Shown: one piece after another, positions 55,092 to 64,000 of the stretch | Layout of the letters: every line of letters begins with the position of its first letter | Numbering within the stretch: the first letter of the stretch is position 1 | Assembly (NCBI GenBank): GCA_900316475.1 | Contig: ONDA01000023.1 | Span: 15,016-79,015 of the forward strand | Direction of reading: 5' to 3' | DNA: 64,000 nt | DNA from: an uncultured Prevotellaceae bacterium | GTDB lineage: Bacteria > Bacteroidota > Bacteroidia > Bacteroidales > Bacteroidaceae | Translations under genes and position numbers: made by a program | Notes under the pieces: model-generated | The model's database searches: none | The model's input: only the letters and a program-made list of their open reading frames with translations | What the model was told of the DNA's origin: nothing

Positions 55092-56639
55092 ATGCTTGTT
55101 AAGACATTCTGCGCAGCCGTCAACGGACTGGAGGTTACAACGGTAACAGTAGAGGTCAGTATGGCGCGCGGCGTGCAGTTCCACCTGACAGGACTGGCCG
55201 ACACGGCCGTCCGCGAAAGTTACGACCGCATCAAAGCCGCCCTGACGAACAACGGGTTCAAGATGCCTGCCATGGACATCACTGCCAATCTGTCGCCTGC
55301 CGACATCAAGAAGGAGGGGTCTTCCTACGACCTGCCCTTAGCCATCGCCATATTGGCGGCAAGCACGAAGCTGGAGAACACGCGGCTGGCGCGTTTTATG
55401 ATGGTAGGCGAACTGGGCCTCGACGGCCGTCTGCTGCCTGTGCGAGGCGCACTGCCCATTGCCATCCGTGCCCGTGCAGAGCATTTCGAAGGTCTCATCG
55501 TGCCCATGCAAAATGTCCGCGAAGCGGCTGTCGTCAACAACATTAACATCTACGGCATGGAGACGCTGAGCGATGTCGTCAACTTCTTCAATGGCGACAC
55601 CAGCTACCAGCCTACTGTCATCGACACCCGCCGCGAGTTCTACGAACAGCAGAACCAATACGAACTCGACTTCAGCGACGTTCGCGGTCAGGAGAGCGTC
55701 AAACGTGCCCTCGAGGTAGCGGCTGCCGGCGGTCACAACCTCATCATGATAGGACCACCGGGCAGCGGCAAGTCGATGCTCGCCAAGCGCCTGCCCTCCA
55801 TCCTGCCTCCACTCTCGCTGGCCGAAAGCCTTGAGACGACGCAGATACACTCCGTAGCGGGCAAGCTGAACCGTGACACAAGCCTCATCTCGCAACGTCC
55901 TTTCCGCGCTCCGCATCACACCATCTCACAGGTGGCTCTCGTTGGTGGCGGCAATAATCCGCAGCCAGGAGAGATTTCTCTCGCGCATAACGGTGTGCTC
56001 TTCCTCGACGAGATGCCAGAGCTCAGCCGCTCCGTCCTCGAAGTGCTCCGCCAGCCTCTCGAAGACCGGATAATCACCATCAGCCGTGCGAAATACAACG
56101 TGGAATATCCCTGCTCGTTCATGCTCGTCGCCTCTATGAACCCCTGTCCCTGCGGCTACTATGGCGACCCGACCCACCACTGTGTCTGCACCCCCGGCCA
56201 GATTCAGCGCTACATGAACAAGATCAGCGGTCCCCTACTCGACCGTATCGACATCCACTGCGAGATACAAGCTGTACCCTTCGCCCAGCTCTCGCAGATG
56301 CAGCCAGGAGAACCATCGGCTGCTATCCGTGAACGAGTGATTGCCGCCCGTAAGATTCAGGAGGAGCGCTTCAAACCCTTCAAGGGCATCCACTCCAACG
56401 CCATGATGACCGAGCGCATGCTCCACGAGTTTGCAGAGCCTGATGCTGCCAGCCTCGACATGCTTCGCATGGCAATGGAGAAGTTGAAGCTCTCAGCCCG
56501 TGCCTACAGTCGCATCCTTAAGGTTGCACGTACCATCGCCGACCTCGCCGGCAGCGAAAAGGTTGAGTCTATGCATATCGCTGAGGCCATCGGCTACCGC
56601 AATCTGGACCGAGGCGACTGGGCAGAGCGCGGGATATAA
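55092..56639 (+). CDS. comM: YifB/ComM Mg-chelatase-like AAA+ ATPase
   Basis: GPPGSGKSM, RPFRAPHH, GEISLAHNGVLFLDE, MNPCPCG, LSARAY. Confidence 0.93.
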   Translation: MLVKTFCAAVNGLEVTTVTVEVSMARGVQFHLTGLADTAVRESYDRIKAALTNNGFKMPAMDITANLSPADIKKEGSSYDLPLAIAILAASTKLENTRLARFMMVGELGLDGRLLPVRGALPIAIRARAEHFEGLIVPMQNVREAAVVNNINIYGMETLSDVVNFFNGDTSYQPTVIDTRREFYEQQNQYELDFSDVRGQESVKRALEVAAAGGHNLIMIGPPGSGKSMLAKRLPSILPPLSLAESLETTQIHSVAGKLNRDTSLISQRPFRAPHHTISQVALVGGGNNPQPGEISLAHNGVLFLDEMPELSRSVLEVLRQPLEDRIITISRAKYNVEYPCSFMLVASMNPCPCGYYGDPTHHCVCTPGQIQRYMNKISGPLLDRIDIHCEIQAVPFAQLSQMQPGEPSAAIRERVIAARKIQEERFKPFKGIHSNAMMTERMLHEFAEPDAASLDMLRMAMEKLKLSARAYSRILKVARTIADLAGSEKVESMHIAEAIGYRNLDRGDWAERGI

Positions 56640-56666
56640 TTGCGAATTTGATTATATAAATAAGGT

Positions 56667-58058
56667 ATGGACGAACAGCAGAATATACAGCCGATGCAGT
56701 CGGACTTCGAAAGGGTTAGAAAGGAGACTGCTGACGGCAAGGAGTATTGGAGTGCGAGGGAACTCAGCAATGTTATGGGCTATAGTACATGGCAGAAGTT
56801 CAACCGTGTGCTGAATAAGGCATTACTAGTGGCCCAGAACAGGGCAATGAATATCAGCGAGCATTTTAACCAAGTGGTTGAAATGGCGAAGGTGGGTTCT
56901 GGAACATTTCGCAAGGTAGACAATTGGCACCTGACACGCTTGGCCTGTCTGATTATCGCAGAGAATGCAGATAGCAAGAAGCCACAGGTACAAGCAGCGC
57001 GACAGTATTTCAAGGAGCAAGTTACTACCACTGAACTTGTTGAGAATCAGATTTCTTCAAAGATTCTGCTCTATAAGACTAACCAAGGAGAAACATATAT
57101 AGAAGTAGTATTCAACAGCGAAACTTTCTGGCTAACACAGAAGCGAATGAGTGAATTGTATGGGGTGGATGTGAGAACTGTAAACTATCATTTGAAAGAG
57201 ATTTTCAATAGCGGAGAACTGAAAGAGCAGTCAGTTATCCGAAAAATTGGGATAACTGCCGCTGACGGTAAGAACTATGACACGATGCTTTACAACCTCG
57301 ATGCCATCATTGCTGTAGGATATCGCGTAAACAGTTATCAGGCCACTCAGTTCCGCATTTGGGCAACGGCTGTGCTGAAGGAATTGATTATCAAAGGCTT
57401 TGTGTTGGATGATGAACGACTGAAGCAGGGCAAGCACTTCGGCAAGGACTATTTCGATGACTTACTAGAACGTATCAGGGAGATACGCACTTCTGAACGC
57501 AGGTACTACCAGAAGATTACAGATGTATATGCGGAGTGCAGTGCCGACTATGACGCTAAAGCGGAAACTACAAAACTGTTCTTTAAGATGGTACAGAACA
57601 TGATGCACTGGGCTGTCACACATCAGACGGCAGCAGAAATCATCTACACCAGAGCAGACGCAGAGATGCCACACATGGGATTGACTACATGGAAGAATGC
57701 CCCTGATGGCAGAGTCCAGAAGTCTGATACGATAATAGCGAAGAACTATTTGTCGGACAAGGAAGTAACATCACTAAATCGTCTTTCCAATGCTTTCCTT
57801 GATGTGGCAGAGGACAGGGCAGACCGCCAGTTGGTCATGACGATGGCAGATTGGAAGAAAGAACTGGAGAGATTTCTTGGATACTACCGCTACGACATTT
57901 TGGAGAATGCAGGAACTGTATCTGCTGAAGAAGCTAAAGAAAAAGCGTATGCTGAGTATGACAAATTCCGTATAGTACAAGACCGTGAATATCTTTCTGA
58001 CTTTGACCAGGAAATCAAAAAGTGGCGTGAAAACGGATTGTTTGATGACAATAGTTAA
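56667..58058 (+). CDS. RhuM-family protein with N-terminal DinD-like domain
   Basis: [21 protein letters not shown]-terminus; [44 protein letters not shown] RhuM core. Confidence 0.8.
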   Translation: MDEQQNIQPMQSDFERVRKETADGKEYWSARELSNVMGYSTWQKFNRVLNKALLVAQNRAMNISEHFNQVVEMAKVGSGTFRKVDNWHLTRLACLIIAENADSKKPQVQAARQYFKEQVTTTELVENQISSKILLYKTNQGETYIEVVFNSETFWLTQKRMSELYGVDVRTVNYHLKEIFNSGELKEQSVIRKIGITAADGKNYDTMLYNLDAIIAVGYRVNSYQATQFRIWATAVLKELIIKGFVLDDERLKQGKHFGKDYFDDLLERIREIRTSERRYYQKITDVYAECSADYDAKAETTKLFFKMVQNMMHWAVTHQTAAEIIYTRADAEMPHMGLTTWKNAPDGRVQKSDTIIAKNYLSDKEVTSLNRLSNAFLDVAEDRADRQLVMTMADWKKELERFLGYYRYDILENAGTVSAEEAKEKAYAEYDKFRIVQDREYLSDFDQEIKKWRENGLFDDNS

Positions 58059-58063
58059 TTGGC

Positions 58064-58273
58064 ATGACAGGAATTAACAAACGAAAAGCGGACCTCCTCC
58101 GCATGGCGATGGAGCGTCTAAAACTCTCCGCTCGCGCGTACAATAGAATATTAAAGGTCGACCGCACCATTGCCGACTTAGAAGGAAGCGAGAATGTCCA
58201 AAGCCAACATATCGCCGAAGCAGTAGGATATAGAAACCTTGACCGTGGCGACTGGGCGGAGAGAGGGGTGTAG
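58064..58273 (+). pseudogene. Orphan 3' fragment of a second, diverged comM/yifB allele
   Basis: 50 of the last 60 aa identical to the comM C-terminus by manual alignment, with many synonymous differences. Confidence 0.85.
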
Positions 58274-58307
58274 TATATTTGCAAGTTAGAGGATAAAAAT
58301 AGAAAGT

Positions 58308-59168
58308 ATGACAAAGTTCAATCAGATAAAGCTCTTTGAAGAGAAGAAAGTTCGCGCTGTGTATGATGACGTGGAAGAGAAGTGGTATTTCTCTATAGTG
58401 GATGTTTGTGGAGTGCTTACGGAAAGTAAGGATCCATTAACAGCACGAAAGTATTGGAACAAGTTGAAACAGCGACTCAAGGAAGAAGGAAATGAAACGG
58501 TGACAAATTGTCACCAGTTGAAACTTCAAGCTGCTGACGGCAAGATGCGAAAGACGGATGTGGCTGATACAGAACAGCTTTTCCGACTGATTCAATCCAT
58601 TCCGTCACCAAAGGCTGAACCCTTTAAACAATGGATGGCACAGGTGGCTGCACAGCGACTTGACCAGATGCAAGACCCTGAGTTGGGTATTCAGCAGGCA
58701 CTGGCAGACTACAAGCGTTTGGGCTATTCGGATAACTGGATTAACCAGCGTCTGAAATCTATAGAGATTCGCAAGGATCTGACTGATGAGTGGAAACGTC
58801 GGGGTTTGGAAGAGGGTGTACAGTTTGCCACACTGACCGACATCATCTATCATACTTGGGCTGGCATGACGGCGCGTGAATACAAGAAGTTCAAAGGTCT
58901 AAAGAAAGAGAACCTGCGCGACAACATGACCAATCGCGAACTAGTGATGAATATGCTGGCCGAACTTTCTACCAAGGAAATATCTGAGAGCCAGAATCCA
59001 GAAACGTTTGGTGACCATATCGACGTAGCCCGTCAAGGTGGTGAGATTGCCCGCAACGCCCGCATGGAACTTGAAGCCAAGACAGGCAAGCCTGTAGTAT
59101 CGCCCCTCAATGCGAAAAAGGGTCTGTTATTAAATAAAGACAACTATAAAGAAAAAGAAAGTGAGTAA
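58308..59168 (+). CDS. Bro-N domain-containing protein
   Basis: KWYFSIVDVCGVL..YWNKLKQRL..TNCHQLK..DGKMRKTD..RLIQSIPSPKAEPFK; -7 box 58274-58281. Confidence 0.85.
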   Translation: MTKFNQIKLFEEKKVRAVYDDVEEKWYFSIVDVCGVLTESKDPLTARKYWNKLKQRLKEEGNETVTNCHQLKLQAADGKMRKTDVADTEQLFRLIQSIPSPKAEPFKQWMAQVAAQRLDQMQDPELGIQQALADYKRLGYSDNWINQRLKSIEIRKDLTDEWKRRGLEEGVQFATLTDIIYHTWAGMTAREYKKFKGLKKENLRDNMTNRELVMNMLAELSTKEISESQNPETFGDHIDVARQGGEIARNARMELEAKTGKPVVSPLNAKKGLLLNKDNYKEKESE

Positions 59169-59352
59169 TGGCTACGATAACAATATACTTAATCGCTGCA
59201 ATGGTAATAATTACACTTCTCACAGAGTCGAATTATCGAACGATACGGGGTTACATAATCTTCGATAGTATCGACATACAGTGCGAGATACTGGCCGTGC
59301 CCTTCGCCCACCTTTTGTGAAATTAAAGCTACATTTTAAGCATGTCAGAACT

Positions 59353-60708
59353 ATGATAACGATAAACAAACTACTGAAGCCATGCCTACTTTTGGTCATG
59401 GTTGTATTGACAAACAATGCAGACGCGAAGAAGAAAACTGTAGTTAAAGATTACTGGCCCAATGGTGAACCCATAGCTGAGTGGTTCAGCGATACGGCAA
59501 AGGTGGATGTCGCCACGCTGGGCAAACGCTACCTTCTGACCGACTACGGCGTGCGCCAGGGCACTAACGAGGTGCAGACACGCGCCATTCAGGCCGTGAT
59601 AGACCGTGCCGCCAAGCAGGGCGGCGGAGTGGTGGTAGTGCCTAAGGGCACATTCTACAGCGGCAGTCTGTTCTTCCGCCAAGGCACCCATCTGATGGTA
59701 GAAGAGGGTGGGGTATTGAAGGGCTCCGACCGCATACGTGACTTCGAGATACGCGAGACGCGCATCGAGGGGCAGACCTGCAAGTACTTCACCGCCCTGG
59801 TGAATGCCGACAGCATCAACGGATTCACTATCTGTGGCAAGGGCACCATCGACGGTAATGGCACCTCCTACTGGGAAGAGTTTTGGATTCGGCGCCAGTG
59901 GAACCGGCAGTGTACTAACAAGGATGCACAACGCCCGCGCCTGACCTACATCACCAACTCAGAAAACGTCACCATACAAGACGTGCGGCTCATCAACTCG
60001 CCCTACTGGACCAACCACATCTATCGTTGCCACCACGTGCGCTATCTCGACCTTTATATCTATTCCTCCACAGTGGATATCAAGGGACCATCGACCGATG
60101 CCATCGACATCGACGTGTGCCACGACGTGCTGGTGCGAGGCTGCTATATGAACGTCAACGACGATGCCGTAGTGCTCAAGGGCGGCAAGGGCACCTTTGC
60201 CGACCAAGCACCGGAAAACGGCCCCTGCTACAACATCTTGGTAGAGAACTGTCACTACGGCACCACCCACGGCTGCATGACGCTCGGCTCGGAGAGCGTG
60301 ACCGACTGGAATGTCATCATGCGCAATTGTAGGGCCGACAACACCAATAATGTGCTGTGGCTGAAGATGCGTCCCGACACGCCGCAACGCTATCAGCATG
60401 TGCGAATAGAGAACTTCACCGGCAAGTGTCGCAACTTCCTGCTCGTGCGTCCCTGGACTCAGTTCTACGAGAAACAGGAGCGTCAGGACATGCCACTCTC
60501 AGAATGCAGCAACATGACCTTCCGCAACATACGAATGACGTGCAACGTGTTCTTCAACGTCACCGGGTCGGATAAATACGCACTGAGAAACTTCGACTTC
60601 GAAGACATCGACTGCAGTGACTATGGCAAGGAGAAACCTTTCAGCAAGCGGCCCGTGGAGGGGCTGACGTTGAAGAATGTCAAGATAAACGGCGAAATGA
60701 TAGAATAG
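59353..60708 (+). CDS. Glycoside hydrolase family 28 (polygalacturonase-like)
   Basis: Signal peptide, IQAVID, STDAIDID, NDDAVVLKGG, HGCMTLGS; start reassigned to 59353. Confidence 0.88.
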   Translation: MITINKLLKPCLLLVMVVLTNNADAKKKTVVKDYWPNGEPIAEWFSDTAKVDVATLGKRYLLTDYGVRQGTNEVQTRAIQAVIDRAAKQGGGVVVVPKGTFYSGSLFFRQGTHLMVEEGGVLKGSDRIRDFEIRETRIEGQTCKYFTALVNADSINGFTICGKGTIDGNGTSYWEEFWIRRQWNRQCTNKDAQRPRLTYITNSENVTIQDVRLINSPYWTNHIYRCHHVRYLDLYIYSSTVDIKGPSTDAIDIDVCHDVLVRGCYMNVNDDAVVLKGGKGTFADQAPENGPCYNILVENCHYGTTHGCMTLGSESVTDWNVIMRNCRADNTNNVLWLKMRPDTPQRYQHVRIENFTGKCRNFLLVRPWTQFYEKQERQDMPLSECSNMTFRNIRMTCNVFFNVTGSDKYALRNFDFEDIDCSDYGKEKPFSKRPVEGLTLKNVKINGEMIE

Positions 60709-60711
60709 CCT

Positions 60712-62640
60712 ATGAACGTGTTTCTAAAAAAAATCATTTGCCTCGCCTTAATGCTTATGGCGGTGATGGCCGACAGTGCTCAGAGCAGGACCGACGTGCA
60801 GCTCAACGACGGATGGACCATACGACCCATCAGCGACCCTTCACCCGGCAAGCAAGGCACTTTAGTGACGCTGCCACACACGTGGAATGCCAACTACGTG
60901 AAGGGCACTTTCTACAATCGTGAGACGATGGTTTATACTCGTTCGCTCAACGTCAGCAACGAAATGCTTCGTGAACATCGTGTGTTTCTCCGTTTTGAGG
61001 GCGTGAACTCAGTGGCCGATGTCTTTGTAAACCGGAAGACTGCTGGTCAACACAAGGGTGGCTATACAGCCTTCTGCATGGAGGTGACCGACCTTCTGCA
61101 TGAGGGTGACAACGAATTGGAGGTATGGGTTGGCAATGCCTTCCGCACCGACGTGCTGCCTATCGCAGGCGATTTCAACGTCTATGGCGGAATCCATCGC
61201 CCCGTACACCTGTTGATAACAGCCAAAGACTGTATCTCACCCACTGACTATGCCTCGAGTGGCGTGTATGTGCACCAGGAGAAAGTATCGCGGACGGTGA
61301 AAATGAACAAACGGGGACTTTCCACTCGCCAGATACAGACGGCCATCGACCGCATGAGCCGACAGGGTGGCGGCACGGTCATCGTCCCCGATGGTCAGTG
61401 GACCAGCGGACGCATCGAACTGAAGTCAGGCGTTTGCCTGCACCTCAGCGACAGTGCCGTGCTGACGTTCAGCGGCCGCATCAGCGACTATCAACCAGCC
61501 GTGCCCACTCGCAACGAGGGCTACGATGTGATGTCGCTCGGAGCCATGATTTACGCCAACGGAGCTGAGAACATCGGACTGACGGGACGAGGTCATATCG
61601 TGGGTCCATCGACCGACTGCGAGATATATCAGGAAAACCGGAAATACTTGGTAGTGGAGGAATGCGTTGATGTCACGAAACCTATTGCAGAGCGACTGTG
61701 TGACGGACAGCAGGGACACCCCGTGCTGCTGCCCATGACGGTGGCACCCGTACACTGCAAGAACGTGCTGATAGAGGGCATCACCATCGACCAGGGGCTG
61801 TTTTGGAACATCGTGCCGCAGTATTGCGACAACGTCATCATACGCGGCGTGACCGTCAACAGTGCCGGACACGGACGCACCGACGGCATCGACATCGAAT
61901 CGACCACCAATTCACTGATAGAGTACTGCCAACTTGACTGCGGTGACGACTGCTATACCATCAAGTCGGGGCGCGGCGAAGACGGCGTACGGACTGCCTG
62001 TCCGTCTGTGGGCTGCGTCATCCGCCACAGTGTGGCTCTGCGTGGTGGCGGTGGCTTAGTGCTGGGCTCTGAGACGGCTGCCTCGATGTGGAATATATAC
62101 ATGCACGACTGCCGTTTTGAGGGCACCGAGCAAGGGATCCGTATCAAGACACGACGCCCGCGCGGCGGTGGTGCCCACGACGTGTGGGTGGAGCGTGTGA
62201 TGGCAAGGAACATCAAGTGGAATGGCCTGACCGTCGACATGCTCGGCTCAAAGAAATGGGTGGGCGAACTGGCCAACCGCTTCCCCGCCCGTCAGGTGAA
62301 CGAGCTGACGCCCGAGTTCAAGAACATCTATATCAAGGACTTCACCGTAGACGGCTGTCAGCGCCTTATTGATGTCAAAGCCTTGCCTGAGCGTCCGCTA
62401 ACCAATGTACTTATTGAGAATTTCGAAGGACATGGCAAAGACTTCCTGCGGCTACAGGATGTGAGCGGTTTCGTCATGAAAGGAGGAAAAATCCACACGG
62501 CGGCACCTTCTGCTGTGCTTGATGGCTGCCAAAGCGTAATGTTACTTGACATGGACTTCAACGGCAAACAACTGAAGCAGATTACAAATAATGCTACATT
62601 ATATGTGACACAGCCATGTTTATCCTCTAAGTCTTTTTAA
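60712..62640 (+). CDS. Chimeric GH2 N-terminal sugar-binding domain fused to a GH28-like beta-helix
   Basis: LPHTWN..LRFEGVNS..HKGGYTAF..GGIHRPV, then IQTAID..RTDGIDI..GDDCYTIKSG..GIRIKT. Confidence 0.8.
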   Translation: MNVFLKKIICLALMLMAVMADSAQSRTDVQLNDGWTIRPISDPSPGKQGTLVTLPHTWNANYVKGTFYNRETMVYTRSLNVSNEMLREHRVFLRFEGVNSVADVFVNRKTAGQHKGGYTAFCMEVTDLLHEGDNELEVWVGNAFRTDVLPIAGDFNVYGGIHRPVHLLITAKDCISPTDYASSGVYVHQEKVSRTVKMNKRGLSTRQIQTAIDRMSRQGGGTVIVPDGQWTSGRIELKSGVCLHLSDSAVLTFSGRISDYQPAVPTRNEGYDVMSLGAMIYANGAENIGLTGRGHIVGPSTDCEIYQENRKYLVVEECVDVTKPIAERLCDGQQGHPVLLPMTVAPVHCKNVLIEGITIDQGLFWNIVPQYCDNVIIRGVTVNSAGHGRTDGIDIESTTNSLIEYCQLDCGDDCYTIKSGRGEDGVRTACPSVGCVIRHSVALRGGGGLVLGSETAASMWNIYMHDCRFEGTEQGIRIKTRRPRGGGAHDVWVERVMARNIKWNGLTVDMLGSKKWVGELANRFPARQVNELTPEFKNIYIKDFTVDGCQRLIDVKALPERPLTNVLIENFEGHGKDFLRLQDVSGFVMKGGKIHTAAPSAVLDGCQSVMLLDMDFNGKQLKQITNNATLYVTQPCLSSKSF

Positions 62641-62642
62641 AA

Positions 62643-62708
62643 GATCATGGGGACAGGTTGTTTGAAGTGAATTCAACGAATTCATTCAAACAACCTGTCC
62701 CCATGATC
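62643..62708. repeat. Long near-perfect palindrome (REP-like or terminator)
   Basis: 24-bp perfect arms gatcatggggacaggttgtttgaa, one bulged G, 7 further base pairs, 3-nt loop. Confidence 0.85.
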
Positions 62709-62882
62709 CCCTCGAAAACGATGCATCTTGGCCCGCTTTTGCCTTAATATTATTAAAAAGGTGGGGGCGATTGAACAATAAATCACAAAAAAGTTGTAAC
62801 TTTGCAACTAGAAACATATAAACAACAAGCGCTCGGCATCCCAAAGGGGGTGATGCTTGCACAATAAAATGGAGCAAGAATT

Positions 62883-63038
62883 ATGGAATCAACAACGACT
62901 TTCAGAACCCCGAAGAAGGGTATTTCAAAAACAGCAAGGTGGGCAAGAGCCCACAAGTGGGTAATCGAAGTGGTTGACCCTGAACTGCAGAAGCAGTGCA
63001 AGGCATACAAGGACGGACAAAGAATCATACGGCCATGA
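62883..63038 (+). CDS. Small 51-aa protein, probable antitoxin
   Basis: Manual translation MESTTTFRTPKKG..RIIRP; -7 box 62797-62804; ATGA overlap with the PIN fragment. Confidence 0.5.
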   Translation: MESTTTFRTPKKGISKTARWARAHKWVIEVVDPELQKQCKAYKDGQRIIRP

Positions 63039-63160
63039 GACTGATGCTCGACACCTGTGTCATCATCTCGCACGCCATTACCGAGCGCATGGCTCTAATG
63101 TCGAGCGACACGAAATTCCCCTTCTACCGCAACCAAGGACTCGAATTGATAGAATACTAA
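63035..63160 (+). pseudogene. Internally deleted PIN/VapC toxin remnant (41 aa)
   Basis: MRLMLDTCVII (PIN N-terminal LDT) joined directly to ISHAITERMALMSSDTKF (PIN C-terminal motif). Confidence 0.6.
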
Positions 63161-63168
63161 TTTCCCCC

Positions 63169-64000
63169 ATGCCCCCGACCGCACTCACATATCGCCCCTT
63201 GTCGCTGCGCTGCCTGACCCTTGGCGGCTTTATTTTTGCGGTTCTCTTTCTTTTGCTGGCATTCGTGTCCTGCACGAAAAGTTCATCGGACTGGCAGGCT
63301 TTGCGCGAGGAGGCCAATCAATTGTACAACGGTCAGCAGTATCAGGAGGCTCTTGACGCGTATGAGGCGGCCTTGTCGAAAGCACAAGGGAATGACAGGC
63401 TGACGCTCCGCCAGGACATGATTGACTGCTATCAGGCATTGGGCAACCAGACGAAGGCCCGAGAACTGCTGAAGACCCAGTTGGCAGAGGCTCATGCGGC
63501 TGGCAACATTCAGATGGAAGCCGAGGCCATGCTCACCCTGGGTATGCAAATCTACGATACGGGCGACAAGCAGACGGCTTACGACTACATGACGCAGGCT
63601 GTCAGGCTGATGGAGAAAAGCACCGCAGACGATGCCCCTTATCTGCTGGCCTACTACCACTACGTGCTGATGAAGCGGCGTGCGCTGGATGAAGACTATG
63701 CCCAAGCCCTCATCGACTCAAAGGAGGTAGAAGCGAACTTACTGAAGTCCGGACAGCCGGAGAAAGGTGAGCAGATGCTGGTTCGCACTTTGGCTACGAG
63801 GGCCTACCTCTATTACATGACGGACAGCACCTCGAAAGCCGACAGCACATACGGCCTCTGGCAGCATCACCAGCCCATGACCGTATCCAACGAGCGCGAC
63901 ATCTGTCCTTACCTAACCAGTCGCGGACGGTATCAGGAGGTTGTGGAAATTCAAAGACGATATGTGGAATGGGTACGCGAGAAGAAAGGCCAGTGGACGG
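63169..64000 (+). CDS. Membrane-anchored TPR-like protein, runs off the window (possibly the sensor part of a regulator)
   Basis: Not in ORF track. Open frame from ATG 63169 with a hydrophobic segment ending FVSC, then helical repeats (YQEALDAYEAAL). Confidence 0.65.
   Translation, partial: MPPTALTYRPLSLRCLTLGGFIFAVLFLLLAFVSCTKSSSDWQALREEANQLYNGQQYQEALDAYEAALSKAQGNDRLTLRQDMIDCYQALGNQTKARELLKTQLAEAHAAGNIQMEAEAMLTLGMQIYDTGDKQTAYDYMTQAVRLMEKSTADDAPYLLAYYHYVLMKRRALDEDYAQALIDSKEVEANLLKSGQPEKGEQMLVRTLATRAYLYYMTDSTSKADSTYGLWQHHQPMTVSNERDICPYLTSRGRYQEVVEIQRRYVEWVREKKGQWT

Noticed and set aside
56640-59340. Prophage or ICE
   Set aside because: No integrase, relaxase or structural genes; only two cargo genes.
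59353-62640. Polysaccharide utilisation locus
   Set aside because: No SusC/SusD pair in the window, although one could lie beyond the right edge.

Overview
Bacteroidota chromosome segment, most consistent with a rumen-type Prevotella. Evidence: TAnnTTTG -7 promoter boxes ahead of most operons, plus Bacteroidales-type SecDF, PurF, RluA and T9SS-like C-termini. 1-20.6 kb is a nitrogen-assimilation neighbourhood (gltB-gltD, a ThiD-AraC fusion with pdxS-pdxT, glnK-amtB-porin, pyrG-purF, asnB). It is interrupted by an Rpn-family nuclease flanked by repeat-rich non-coding DNA. 20.6-27 kb holds a PL9-like lyase, trpS, fur and metG. 27-38.4 kb is a surface-polysaccharide locus with a phosphonate pathway (cytidylyltransferase-PEP mutase, PnPy decarboxylase, Fe-ADH reductase, LicD). 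39.8-55 kb is housekeeping (rplM-rpsI-rpsB-tsf, rluA, secDF, hup etc.). After that come a comM/yifB-associated islet, two GH28 genes and a decayed toxin-antitoxin pair. Two observations stand out. (1) All four nitrogen operons carry the same operator architecture: two T(T/G)ACA-n3-TGT(A/C)A-like boxes exactly 74 bp apart, ending 63-64 bp upstream of the -7 box, which suggests an uncharacterised nitrogen regulon. (2) At least 18 copies of a C/G-rich palindromic repeat occur, 16 of them inserted in frame inside housekeeping genes, mostly as same-polarity inverted pairs that bracket native coding sequence. No rRNA, tRNA or CRISPR array was recognised. All family assignments are by motif recognition, not database search.
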